In this document: positions 18,598-29,104 of the stretch, in pieces
How positions within the stretch are numbered: position 1 is the first letter of the stretch
Layout: each line of letters starts with the position of its first letter
Source: Polyangiales bacterium
Lineage (GTDB): Bacteria; Myxococcota_A; Polyangia; Polyangiales; JADJQN01
Assembly (NCBI GenBank): GCA_964202905.1
Contig: CAXNJO010000001.1
Span: 576,001-640,000, forward strand
Reading direction: 5' to 3'
DNA: 64,000 nt
Position numbers and translations under genes: made by a program
Notes under the pieces: generated by a model
The model's database searches: none
What the model was told of the DNA's origin: nothing
The model's input: only the letters and a program-made list of their open reading frames with translations

Positions 18598-19562
18598 TCA
18601 GTCGCCGCCCTTGACGCCTTTGCGGACGAAGAGCTCTTCGAGCGTGTCGCGGTGGGGCGTGACGCCGAGCACCTTCGCGCCGGCGTCGAGCGCGCGGCGC
18701 AGGACCTCGGGTACGGCCTCGTCGCCCTCGACGACGACGCGCGTCGCGCCCTTGCCGCGCCGCACCTCGAGCGCGAGCGCGCGCAGCCCCTCGCAGAGCG
18801 CGTCGTCGGCGCCATCGAGCTCGATCTCGACGCGGCGCACCTCGCTGCGCAAGAGCGACGAGAGCGGGCCGCTCGCGACGACCGTGCCGCGCTGCACGAT
18901 GGCGACGTGGTCGCAGAGCAGCTCCACGTCCGCGAGGATGTGGCTGGTGAGCACGAGCGTCTTGCCGCGGGCGCGCTCTTCGACGAGCAGGTCGCGGATC
19001 TCCTTGCGGCCGATCGGGTCGAGGCCGCTCATGGGCTCATCGAGGATCAGCAGATCTGGGTCACCGAGCAGCGCCTGCGCGAGGCCGATGCGCTGCGTCA
19101 TCCCCTTGGAAAACTTGCCGATCGGGCGATCGATGGCGTGGGAGAGCCCGACGCGCGCGATCATCGCGTGGCTCTTCTCTTCGCGCTCGCGGCGGGGGAG
19201 GCTGATGAGCCGACCGCAGAGATCGAGGAACTCGAGCGGCTTCAGGTACTGATAGACGTAGGGATTCTCCGGCATGTAGCCGAGGCGCGTGCGCGCGGAC
19301 GGATCGGTGACGGGCTTGCCGAAGAGCGTCGCCTCGCCGCGCGTCGGGAAGATGAGGCCGAGCACCGATTTGAGCGTGGTGGTTTTGCCCGCGCCGTTCG
19401 GGCCGAGCAGGCCGAAGACCTCGCCCTGACGCACCGTGAACGAGACGCCGCGCAGCGCCTCGACCTTCTTGCGGAAGAAGCCGAGGCGGAAGGTCTTGTG
19501 CAGATCCTTCACCTCGAGCACCACCGGCGCCCCTGGTTGCCGCGACCTCCGGTCGCGCTCAT
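18598..19562 (-). CDS. ABC transporter ATP-binding protein (PilH/XapD-like); probable frameshift near 19550, or GTG start at 19524
   Basis: GPNGAGKTT, FSKGM, LILDEPMSGLD, TSH; ATG at 19562 overlaps the DegT stop (ATGA). Confidence 0.9.
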
Positions 19563-20664
19563 CCGAGCACCTCCGCCAGCGCCGCGCCGATCCCCGCGGC
19601 GGCGCGCGCGACCGTCGTCGTCGTCCATGTCGTGCCAGAGCGGCAGGGCCACGCCGCGGTCGACGATCATGCTGGCAATGGGGCAGCCCGCATCGCCGCG
19701 CGGGGCGAAGCGCGCGAGCGGCGGCAGGCGGTGGAGCGCGTAGGAGAGGCGCCCGATCTCGATCTCGCGCGCGCGGCACGCGGCGACGAGCGCGTCGCGC
19801 TGCGCGGGTGACGTGCCTGCGGGCAGCAGCGCGCCGAGCGTCTGCTCGTTGCCGCGTGCGCCTGCGGGCCAGGCCTGGAAGGTGAGCCGCGGGAGGGCTG
19901 TGCGGAGCTGCGCGGCGATGCGGCGGCGCGCGTCGAGCATCGCGTCGAGGCGCGCGAGCTGCACGCCACCGATGGCGGCGGCGACCTCGGAGAGGCGCGC
20001 GTTGGGGCCGGCGGCGGCGAACTCGCCGGGCGTGCGCTGCCCGTGGTTGCGCGCGATGCGGAGCGTGTCGGCGAGCGCGTCGTCGTCGGTGACGATCATG
20101 CCGCCTTCGCCCGTGGTGACGACCTTGCGCGGGTGGAAGGAGAGCGTGGCGATCGCGCTCGGCGCGGCGCCGCAGGGCGTGCCGTCGCCGCGGAAGGCGC
20201 CGATCGCGCAGGCGGCATCTTCCAAGATGGTGATGCCCGGGAGCGCGGCGGCGATCTCCGCGAGGCGCGCGGGCGCGCCGAACTGATCGATGGCGATGGC
20301 GACCTTCGTGCGCGGGCGTGCGCGCGGCGGCGAAGGCGGCGGGCGAGGTGTTCCACTCGGCCGCATCGACGTCGACGAGGATGGGTGTCGCGCCGGCGCG
20401 GACGACGGCGTGCGCGGGTGAGGGCCAGGTGAGGTCGGGCACGAGCACGTCGTCGCCCGGCCCGACGCCGAGCGCGGCGAGCGCGAGCTCGAGCGCCGTC
20501 GTGCCGTTCGCGACGGCGATGGCGTGCGTGCGGCCCGTGCGCGCGGCGACGGCGGCTTCGAACGCCGCGACCTCCGCGCCCTGCACGAGCATCCCGGAGC
20601 GCAGCACGCGTGCGGCCGCCTCCACCTCTGCATCCCCGAGCCCGGGCACCGCCAGTCGGATCAC
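19559..20664 (-). CDS. DegT/DnrJ/EryC1/StrS PLP-dependent sugar aminotransferase; frameshifts near 20313 and 19615
   Basis: ANGTTALELAL..LGVGPGDDV; next frame EDAACAIG, SFHPRKVVTTGEGG, LPLW; final frame TVARAAAGIGAALAEVLG-stop. Confidence 0.9.
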
Positions 20665-20723
20665 GGGCGTGAAGGTAGCATCGCCGCGCGCCTGCGAAGC
20701 CGCTCCTGTCGTAGCCTCGCCGG

Positions 20724-20981
20724 GTGGACGACGCGCGCTTGATCGTGGCCCTCGAAGACGCGCTCGCGCGGCTCGAGGTCGAGGTGCGCGTCGAGTCGTT
20801 CGCGGACGACGCGCGCCGGCCAGGCGGGCTCGTGCGCCTGCGTGGCGCGCACGTCGTGCTCGTGGGCGCGCACGCGTCGGCGACCGAGCGCGTGGACGTC
20901 CTCGCGAAGGCGCTGCGCGCGCTCGACACGTCGGCGCTCTACCTGCCGCCCGCCGTGCGCGCCCGCATCGACCGGGCGTGA
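20724..20981 (+). CDS. Small conserved-looking hypothetical protein (85 aa)
   Basis: LEVEVRVE...GGLVRLRG..VVLV...YLPPAVR; TAGCCT box 6 nt upstream; GTGA overlap with the next gene. Confidence 0.7.
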   Translation: MDDARLIVALEDALARLEVEVRVESFADDARRPGGLVRLRGAHVVLVGAHASATERVDVLAKALRALDTSALYLPPAVRARIDRA

Positions 20982-23900
20982 GCGACGGCGCGCTGCGGCT
21001 CGTGATAACGTCGACCCGCTTGTCGGAGCAGGAACCGCCGCCGCAGTCGCTCGGGCGCTACCGCGTCATCCGCCGCCTCGGCGCGGGTGGCATGGCGGAG
21101 GTCTTTCTCGCGCGGCAGATGGGCGCCGAGGGCATCGAGAAGGTGCTCGTCGTCAAGCGCGTGCTGCCGAGCTTCGCGCGGTCGGCGAAGTTCCGCGCGA
21201 TGTTCGTGGACGAGGCCAAGGTCGCGCTGCGCCTCAATCACCCGAACATCGTGCAGGTGTACGCGTTCGAGCAGGTGCGCGACGAGTTCCTCCTCGCGAT
21301 GGAGCACGTCGACGGGCTCGACCTCGGCCGCCTCGTCTCGGCCGCCCGCCGCGCCGGGCGCCGCATCCCGTACGGCCTCGCCGCGTACGTCACCGCCGAG
21401 CTCGCGAAGGGCCTCGACTACGCGCACAACCGCCGCGACGAGCACGGCCAGCCGCTCGAGATCGTGCACCGCGACGTGAGCCCGCAGAACCTGCTGCTCT
21501 CCTACGAGGGCGGCGTGAAGGTCGCGGACTTCGGCATCGCCCGCGCCCGCATGGTCAGCGAGGAGACGGGCGTCATCAAGGGCAAGTTCGCCTACATGTC
21601 GCCGGAGCAGGCGCGCGGGGCGAAGGTCGACCGCCGCAGCGACGTCTACTCGATCGGCGTCCTGCTCGCCGAGCTGCTCATGGGCCGCTCCATGTACCCG
21701 GGGCAGGCGGGGCTCGACGTGCTCGACCTCGTCCGCGACGGCAAGCGCACGCTGCCGCGCGAGGTGGAACCGGGGGTGCCCGAACCCTTGAACCGTATCG
21801 TTCGTGATGCGACCTCGCGCGATGTCGAGGAGCGTCCGCAGACGGCGCGGGCGCTCGCGTCGTCGCTGGGCGCCTACCTGCACGAGGAAGAGACCGTCTG
21901 GGACGGCGCGGCCCTCGAGCAGTTCATCGCGGAGGTCGCCCCGCGCGAGACGACCAGCCCCGATGGCCGCGTCGACGAGGCCGCCGCGCGCCCCGGCAAG
22001 ACGCGCATGACGGCGCTCACGGTGGCTGCGGGCGTCGGCGAGCGCGGCTTCGAGCGGGGCGGCGAGCGCGAGATCCGCGAGCGGCGGCACGTCGTCGTCA
22101 TCAGTGGTGTCGTTCGTGGTACACGCGGCGGGCTGGGCCCCGACGAGGCGGCGACGGCGCCGCTGCCGGTCGAGGGCGTCGACGTGCTCGACAAGATCGC
22201 GTTCCGGGCCGACGCCGTGCTGCGCTGGGCGGAGGGCGGCGACCGCCGGCGCTTTCACCTGCTGCTCGGGCTCGGCGGTGTGACGGTGCACGACGCGCTC
22301 AAGGGCGCGCGGCTCGCGCTCGACGTCGTCGAGGCCGTCGCCGCCCTCGGCGCCGACCTCGTTCGCCCGGTGCAGGTCTCGGTGGGCGTGTCGCGCGGCG
22401 TGATGGCGGTGGTGCGCTCGGGCGAGGGCCTGCTGCTCCGCTCGGAGCCCGTCGGCGCCGTGCTCGACATCGCCGATCGGCTCGCGCTCGCGGCCGGCAG
22501 CGCGGAGATCCTCGCGGCGGGTGAGATCTACCGAGCGGCGCGGCGCGACTTCGCCTTCGACCACGAGGCGCTCGACGTCTCCGTGGCGGGCGACGACGCG
22601 CATGGCCGCTCCGTGCGCGCGTACGCGCTGCTCGGCCAGCGCTCCCGCGAAGAGCGCGCCGCCGAGGCGAGCCTCCCGGGGGCGACGGGCATGCTGGTCG
22701 GCCGCGCGCGCGAGGTCGCGGCGGTCGTCGACGCGTATCAGGAAGCGCAGCAGACGCGTCGCTCCGTCGTGATGGCGATCGTCGGCGACCTCGGCGTCGG
22801 CAAGACCTCCCTCGCGGCGGCGGCCCTCGACTCGCTCCCGCCCGACACCGACGGGCGCGTGGCGCGCGTGCTCCGTGTCGAGTGCGCGTTCGGCGCGGGC
22901 GACGTCCCCTACGTCGCGATCACCGACATCCTGCGCGAGGCGTGCAGTATCGATCGCGATATCTCCGGCGAGGCGCTCTCCCAGGCGCTTCGCGCGGCGG
23001 TCGAGCGGCTGATCCCGGCGGGGGAGCGCGCGGGCGTGCTCGGCGCGATCGCGCCGCTGTTCGGGTCGGGGTCCGAGCACCGCGCGGAGGAGGGCGAGGA
23101 CCGCGCGCGGGCCATCGTGCGGGCAGTGCGCTTGCTGCTCGGCGCGCTCGGCGTGCAGGGGCCGCTGCTCGTGCACCTCGACGCGCTGCAGTGGATCGAC
23201 CAGCCGAGCCTCGAGCTGCTGCAGGCGCTCGTGCGCCGCAGCTACGAGATCCCGCTCTTCGTGCTGCTCGGCACGCGGCCCGACGCGCGCGTGGAGAAGG
23301 CGCTCCGCGGCGTGCCGCGGCTCGAGCTCGGCGAGCTCGACGTCGAGGGGCGCACGGCGCTCGTGCACGCGCGGTTCGTGGGGGCGCAGGTCCCCGTCGA
23401 CGTCGAGCAGGCCGTGATCGAGCGGGCGGGCGGCAACCCGTTCTTCGTGATCGAGCTCGTCGATGCCTTGTTCGAGCGTGGGATCGTCTCGATCGAGGGC
23501 GAGGGCGAGGCGCGGCGGGTGGTGCGCAAGCCCGGGCCCATCGCGCTGCCGACGACGCTCGAGGGCGCGATCGCCGCGCGCCTCGTCGAGCTCCCGCCCC
23601 CCGAGCGACAGGCCATCCGCTGGCTGGCAGCCGCGGGCGCGGGGCTGCGCGGCAGTGACCTCGCCGCGATCGCCGCCAAGGACCTGCAGCCCGCGCTCGA
23701 CGGCCTCGAGGCGCGCGGGCTGATCGAGCGGCGCGCGGAGTTCTACGTCTTCCCGAGCGCGGTCGTGCGCCACGTCGCCTACGACTCGACCGACCCGGAG
23801 GACCGCCGCCGCATGCACCGCCGCATCGGCGCGCACCTCGCCACCATGGGGGGCGTCCCGCCCGTGCGCATCGCGCGGCACCTCGAGCGCGCAGGCGACC

Positions 23901-25288
23901 CCGGCGGCGCGGCCGAGGCCTACCTGAACGCCGGCGCCGCGGCGCTCGACGCCTTCAGCACCCGCGACGCGCTGCGCCTCTACGGCAAGGCGCTGCTGCT
24001 GCTTCCGCCCGACGCGCCCGCGCGTTTCGTCGCGCACGAGGCCCGCGAGCAGATCCTCCGAGGCGCCGGCCGCCGCACCGAGCGACGTATCGAACTCGAG
24101 TCCATGCGCGCGATCGCGGATCGCTCGGGCGATCCGCACCTGCGCGGCACCGCCTTCAACCGCGTCGCCCGCTACGAGCTCGAGGAGGGGCGCACGGCGG
24201 GGGTCGAGGCGCTGCTGCGGCGCGCGCTCGACGCCGCGATCGACAGCGCCGACCAGGCCGCGGAGGTCGAGGCGCTGCGCCTCTCCGCGCAGCTCGCGAG
24301 CGACGCCGGCGACGTCGCGAAGGCCCTCGACGCGTGCGACCGCGCGCTGCTGCGCTCGGGCAGCGACACCGCGCAGCTCGCGGTGCGCGGCGACGTGCTC
24401 GTGATGCGCGGCATGCTCCTGCGGCGGCTCGGTCGCACCGACGAGGGGCTCGAGGCCATCGCGGAGGCCATCGTCATCTTCCGGCGCATCGAGGACAAGC
24501 GCGAGGAGGCGAACGCGCTCAACGCGCTCGCCGTGACGCTGCTCTCCGACGGCGCCTACGAGGACGCCATCGCGCTGCTGCGCGCCTCGATCGCGCTCGA
24601 TCGCTCGATCGGCGACGTCTTCCACCTCGGCAAGAAGCTCTCGAACGTCGGGCAACTCTATGCGGAGCTCGGGGACACCGAGAGCGCGCTCGCCTTCCTG
24701 CGGCGCGCTGATGACGTCTTCGAGGCCCTCGACGACAAGACGCACCGCGCCGACGCGCTCGTCGGGCTCGCGCACGTGCTGCTCGAGCACAGCCGCGACG
24801 CAGGCGCCGCGGAGAAGGCGCTCGACCGCGCCCGGCAGCTCGCGGAGCGCGCCGGCGACCGCTACGACCTCGCGCAGGAGCGCCTCGCGCGCGTGGGCGT
24901 CGAGCTCGCGCGGCAGCGGCTCGAGGGGGCGCTGCGGCACGCGGACGAGGCGGTGAGCGAGTCGCGGGCGGCTGGTGTCGTCGGCTTCGAGCTGCAGGCC
25001 CTCGCGCTGCAGGCGCACACCTTCGCGCTCGCCGGGAAGGTGACCGAGGCGCGCACCACGGTGCTCGCCGTGCGCGCCGGCCTCGCGCGGACGGGCGCGG
25101 TCGAGCGCCTCGAGCGCATCCACTACTGGCTCTCGCTGGCGTCGCGACTCATCGGCGATCACGCGGCGGCCGACGCCGCGCTGGCCGAATCGCGCGCCCT
25201 CGTGGACGTCCGGCTTGGTCGCATTCGTGATACGCGTTTGCGCGCGTGCTACCTCGAGAACCCCATCGTGCAGGCCATCCGCGCATGA
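20978..25288 (+). CDS. Ser/Thr protein kinase with degenerate class III cyclase-like domain, AAA_16/STAND ATPase and TPR repeats (~1436 aa)
   Basis: GAGGMAEV, VVKR, HRDVSPQN, DFGIA, YMSPEQ; ERRHVV...VGVSRG...GAVLDIADRL; LVGRARE, GDLGVGKT, DALQWID, GGNPFF; C-terminal TPR-like helices. Confidence 0.92.
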   Translation: MSDGALRLVITSTRLSEQEPPPQSLGRYRVIRRLGAGGMAEVFLARQMGAEGIEKVLVVKRVLPSFARSAKFRAMFVDEAKVALRLNHPNIVQVYAFEQVRDEFLLAMEHVDGLDLGRLVSAARRAGRRIPYGLAAYVTAELAKGLDYAHNRRDEHGQPLEIVHRDVSPQNLLLSYEGGVKVADFGIARARMVSEETGVIKGKFAYMSPEQARGAKVDRRSDVYSIGVLLAELLMGRSMYPGQAGLDVLDLVRDGKRTLPREVEPGVPEPLNRIVRDATSRDVEERPQTARALASSLGAYLHEEETVWDGAALEQFIAEVAPRETTSPDGRVDEAAARPGKTRMTALTVAAGVGERGFERGGEREIRERRHVVVISGVVRGTRGGLGPDEAATAPLPVEGVDVLDKIAFRADAVLRWAEGGDRRRFHLLLGLGGVTVHDALKGARLALDVVEAVAALGADLVRPVQVSVGVSRGVMAVVRSGEGLLLRSEPVGAVLDIADRLALAAGSAEILAAGEIYRAARRDFAFDHEALDVSVAGDDAHGRSVRAYALLGQRSREERAAEASLPGATGMLVGRAREVAAVVDAYQEAQQTRRSVVMAIVGDLGVGKTSLAAAALDSLPPDTDGRVARVLRVECAFGAGDVPYVAITDILREACSIDRDISGEALSQALRAAVERLIPAGERAGVLGAIAPLFGSGSEHRAEEGEDRARAIVRAVRLLLGALGVQGPLLVHLDALQWIDQPSLELLQALVRRSYEIPLFVLLGTRPDARVEKALRGVPRLELGELDVEGRTALVHARFVGAQVPVDVEQAVIERAGGNPFFVIELVDALFERGIVSIEGEGEARRVVRKPGPIALPTTLEGAIAARLVELPPPERQAIRWLAAAGAGLRGSDLAAIAAKDLQPALDGLEARGLIERRAEFYVFPSAVVRHVAYDSTDPEDRRRMHRRIGAHLATMGGVPPVRIARHLERAGDPGGAAEAYLNAGAAALDAFSTRDALRLYGKALLLLPPDAPARFVAHEAREQILRGAGRRTERRIELESMRAIADRSGDPHLRGTAFNRVARYELEEGRTAGVEALLRRALDAAIDSADQAAEVEALRLSAQLASDAGDVAKALDACDRALLRSGSDTAQLAVRGDVLVMRGMLLRRLGRTDEGLEAIAEAIVIFRRIEDKREEANALNALAVTLLSDGAYEDAIALLRASIALDRSIGDVFHLGKKLSNVGQLYAELGDTESALAFLRRADDVFEALDDKTHRADALVGLAHVLLEHSRDAGAAEKALDRARQLAERAGDRYDLAQERLARVGVELARQRLEGALRHADEAVSESRAAGVVGFELQALALQAHTFALAGKVTEARTTVLAVRAGLARTGAVERLERIHYWLSLASRLIGDHAAADAALAESRALVDVRLGRIRDTRLRACYLENPIVQAIRA

Positions 25289-26526
25289 ACGGACCCCTCC
25301 CCCCGCTCCGTCGTCCCTCGTCGCGCCCCGCCCCACGTCCGGCCTCCCCCTCTCCGCTCGGCGTCGTGCTCTCCGGCGGCGGCGCGCGCGGCGCCTACGA
25401 GGCGGGCGTCCTCAGCTACGTGTTCGGCGAGCTCCCTGCGTCGCTCGGCCGCAAGCCCACCATCGACTACGTCTGCGGGACGAGCGTCGGCGCGGTGAAC
25501 GGCGCGTTCCTCGCGTCCGTCGCGGACGATCCGGTCACCGGGGTCGAGCGTCTCGGGGCGTTGTGGTCGGAGATCCAGCTCGGCGACGTGCTCGACTTCG
25601 GCGTGCGGCAGGCCTCGCGCCTCTACCGCCTCCTCACCGGCAGCGAGAAGGGCGAGACGGTCGGCTTCTTCGACGCGCGTCCGCTCGCGGCGCTCGTCCA
25701 GCGCGAGGTCCGCTGGCGCCGCCTCGCGCACAACCTGCGCGCCGGTCGCCTGCAGGCGCTGACGCTCACGACGACGCACGTCGCGACCGGCCGACCGACG
25801 CTCTGGGTCGACGGCGCACCGGGCCTCGCGATGCCCACGCGCCTGCCGCGCAACGTCGAGGTGCGGCCCGGGCGGGTGCGTGTGGAGCACGTGCTCGCGT
25901 CCGCCGCGATCCCGATCCTCTTCCCGCCCGTGGCGATCGGCCTCGACCTGCACTGCGACGGGGGCCTGCGGCTCAACACGCCGATCGCGCCGGCCGTGCA
26001 CCTCGGCGCCGAGCGCCTGCTCGTGATCGGCATGTCGTCGGCGATCGGCGCGGAGACGCCCTCGCTCGCCCCGGGTCAGGCGCCGGGTGCCGCCTTCCTG
26101 CTCGGGAAGGTGCTCAACGCCTTCCTGCTCGACCACGTCACGACGGATCTCGAGGAGCTCGCGCGCCTCAACGCGCTCATCGACGCGGGCGAGCGGGCCT
26201 TCGGCTCGGACTTCATGACGCGCATCAACGGTGAGCTGCTCGCGAACGGCGAGCAGCCGCGCAAGCGCCTCCGCGCCCTCGCGATCCGGCCGAGCCTCGA
26301 CCTCGGACGCCTCGCCGGCGAGCACATGCGCGAGGACCGCGGCCGCGTGCGCCGCGAGCTCGGGACGACGCTGCTGCGATTGCTCGACATCGGTGAGGGC
26401 GCCGACGCCGACTTCGCGAGCTACCTGCTCTTCGATGGCGCCTACGCGGCGCGACTCGTCGAGCTCGGACGCCGGGATGCGGCTGCGCGGCGGGACGAGA
26501 TCGCGGAGTTCCTCTTCGGCGCGTGA
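25285..26526 (+). CDS. Patatin-like phospholipase
   Basis: SGGGARGAYEAG, GTSVG nucleophile elbow, ASAAIP, DGG; ATGA overlap with the kinase. Confidence 0.95.
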   Translation: MNGPLPPLRRPSSRPAPRPASPSPLGVVLSGGGARGAYEAGVLSYVFGELPASLGRKPTIDYVCGTSVGAVNGAFLASVADDPVTGVERLGALWSEIQLGDVLDFGVRQASRLYRLLTGSEKGETVGFFDARPLAALVQREVRWRRLAHNLRAGRLQALTLTTTHVATGRPTLWVDGAPGLAMPTRLPRNVEVRPGRVRVEHVLASAAIPILFPPVAIGLDLHCDGGLRLNTPIAPAVHLGAERLLVIGMSSAIGAETPSLAPGQAPGAAFLLGKVLNAFLLDHVTTDLEELARLNALIDAGERAFGSDFMTRINGELLANGEQPRKRLRALAIRPSLDLGRLAGEHMREDRGRVRRELGTTLLRLLDIGEGADADFASYLLFDGAYAARLVELGRRDAAARRDEIAEFLFGA

Positions 26527-26596
26527 GCGGGATGCGCGGCGGCGGGCCGTCCGTGACGGATGTGCATCGCGCGTGACGCGTCCATGGCTGGGGGGC

Positions 26597-26616
26597 CGTG
26601 GACAGCTTGTGGATGA
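26597..26616 (-). promoter_or_regulatory. Two tandem DnaA-box-like 9-mers
   Basis: Reverse strand TCATCCACA (1 mismatch to TTATCCACA) and CTGTCCACG, 2 nt apart, in the 184-bp intergenic gap. Confidence 0.3.
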
Positions 26617-26710
26617 ATCTCGCCAACCCCATGAAAGGAGACGCGATTCGACACGGGTAGCGCCTGTGCTACTTTCCCCCGGCCGCGTATCTCGGGAGAC
26701 ACCTTGCGTC

Positions 26711-27457
26711 ATGGCGGACCCCCGAACAGCAGCGAAGCCTACCGATTTCCTCGACTTCTTGCGTCGCGCCATCTCCGCGCCAGACGACGCGACGCGGGCC
26801 CGCATCGCCGCCGAGGGGCTGGCGAAGCCCGATATCGATGCTGATACGCGATTCCTGCTGCTGCGGCAGCTCTATCTCGCGCGCCTCGGGGAGCGGCAGT
26901 ACCGCAAGGCGCTCGCGCTGGCCGAGGAGATGATCGCGATCGGCGGGTCGCTGCTCGATCTCGCGCATCACGACGCCTCACGCGTGCTCCAGGCGCTCGC
27001 GGATCTGCCCGGCGCGATCGCGGCGCAGCGCCTCGCCGTCGAGGCGGCGCCGACCGGGCGGCGATCGTTTCACGGCTGGTCCCTCGCGACGCTGCAGCAC
27101 TTCGCCGGGGATCTGGATGGCGCGCTCGCGTCGCTCTCGCAGGCGCTGCGCTGGGCGCGCCGGGACCGCCCGCTGCTGCGCGCGCACGCGGCGTACATCC
27201 AGCTCGAGGCGGGCCGCGCGGCGCCTGCGCTCGCGGGCACGGTCGCGTCGCTGCAGCGCGCGCGGTGTCGCGAGGGATACGGGCAGTTCCTGCTCGGGAT
27301 GCTCGCGTGGCACATGGGCGACGCGCCGCGGGCGACCGTGCACCTGCGCGCGTTCCTCGCGCGGAACGCCGACGCGGACGAGGCGAAGGCCGCGACGCTG
27401 CGCGAGGAGCTGCGGCGTGCGCGGCTGGCGCTCGCGAAGGCCGGCGGGCTCGACTGA
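26711..27457 (+). CDS. TPR-like helical repeat protein
   Basis: GGAG RBS; repeated helical units (LQHFAGDLDGALASLSQAL, GMLAWHMGDAPRA). Confidence 0.75.
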   Translation: MADPRTAAKPTDFLDFLRRAISAPDDATRARIAAEGLAKPDIDADTRFLLLRQLYLARLGERQYRKALALAEEMIAIGGSLLDLAHHDASRVLQALADLPGAIAAQRLAVEAAPTGRRSFHGWSLATLQHFAGDLDGALASLSQALRWARRDRPLLRAHAAYIQLEAGRAAPALAGTVASLQRARCREGYGQFLLGMLAWHMGDAPRATVHLRAFLARNADADEAKAATLREELRRARLALAKAGGLD

Positions 27458-27602
27458 GCCGCGCGCTCGTCGGTCCGTGTGCAGGGGCGCGGCGTTGAGC
27501 TTTCGCACGTCGCGCGGTGCGGTCGTGGACGGACGCGCGCGGTGTCCGGTAGAGTGCCCGCTCGCGCGCGGCCGAGTGGGCCCGGCGTCGAAGGAGCAAC
27601 TC

Positions 27603-29070
27603 ATGAGTCGCCTTGGATTGTGGATGACGTGCGGCGCCCTGATGGTCGCCGGGTTCGGCTGTGGCTCGTCGAAGATCGCGGGCGAGGAGGACATGGGCGG
27701 CATCACCTTCGACGCCGGCCTCGACGCGCGCGTGCCGACGGACGCGACGACGCCCCCGACCGACATGCGCATGCCGACGTGCGGCGACGGCGTGCTCGAC
27801 CCGATGGAGGTCTGCGACGACGGCAACATGGTCGACACCGACGCGTGCACGAACATGTGCCGCCGCAACGAGTCGATGCCGTACTGCGGCGACGGCGACA
27901 CCGAGGCGCCCGAGCAGTGCGACGACGGCGAGAACTTCTCCGGCGACGGCTGCAGCGCCGACTGCCGGATCGAAGAGTGCGGCAACGGCGTCCGCGACGT
28001 GGGCGAGCGCTGCGATCGCACGCCCGGCTGCGGCTGCGCGCCGGGCATGGCCGCGTGCACCGAGGCCGCCTGCGACACGCTCGCGGGCTGCGGCAACGGG
28101 ACGGTCGAGGCGGGTGAGCAGTGCGACCCGACGCCGGCGATGTCGCCCGCGGGCTCGTGGGACGAGGACGGCTGTCAGTCGGACTGCTTCACGCAGCAGT
28201 CGCTGGTCGTCAACTCGCTCAGCATCGACCGCACGATGGGCTGCGACTACTCGGGCGACGGCATGCCGGACAACTCGTTCGGCGCCGCGTTCGGCTCGGC
28301 GCTCGGCCTCCTCAACGGCCAGCTCGAGGACGCGCTCAACAACGGACAGTTCATCCTGCTGCTCTCGATGATCGGGCTCGACAGCGCGACCAGCGATCCG
28401 GGCGTGCGCGTCGGCTGGATCACCGGCAGCGACGGCGACATGAACGCGATGAACAATTTCTCGGGTTCGGCGAACTTCTTCGCGGACGCGGACGCCATCG
28501 GGCCGGATGGTGACCCGGTCACGTCCTTCGGCTCGAGCATCGTCGGCGGGCCGCGTCTCGGGCGGGCCGGAAGACGTCACGCTCCCGATCGCGGGCCTCT
28601 TCCCGCTCGACCTGCGCCAGGGCCGCATCAGCGGCACGGTGATGTCGTCCGGCGGCGACGTGACCGGTGTCACCGCCGGCCTGCTCTGCGGCGCGATCCC
28701 CGTCACGACGATCGCGGGGCTGCCCAACTTCCTCGACATGATCGGCGGCGGCGCGCCGCCCTCGCCGCCCTGCGACGACGCGGTCGCGAGCACGAACCTC
28801 GGCGACGTGCTCCTCGGCGGCAAGACGCTCTTCGGCATCAACATCGGGCCCGCCCAGCCGGACGTCGACCTCGACGGCGACGGCCTCGAGTTCTACGTCA
28901 TCGACGAGAGCGGGCCGTTCGGCTGCCAGGCCGTCGTGACCGCGTGCATCGACGGTGACGGCACGCGGATCGAGGGCCACGACTGCACGAGCGACCGCCG
29001 CATGGCGGATGGCTGGTCGGCGGGCCTGCCGTTCACGGCCGTCGGCGCGAACATCGTCGGCGTGCGCTGA
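27603..29070 (+). CDS. Lipoprotein with myxococcal Cys-rich (DUF4215-type) repeats; frameshift near 28551
   Basis: AAGGAG RBS; lipobox AGFGC; four CG[DN]G.....E.CD repeats; DxxGDG calcium-loop-like motifs; continues as RVSGGPEDVTLP...AVGANIVGVR after the shift. Confidence 0.88.
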
Positions 29071-29104
29071 AGCGAAGGGCGGTTGTGGTAGTTTCGCGCG
29101 CGAC

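Noticed and set aside
18598..20664. Apparent 688-aa DegT-ABC ATPase fusion ORF
   Set aside because: Produced by frameshifts; the DegT C-terminal half is in another frame and ends at 19559.
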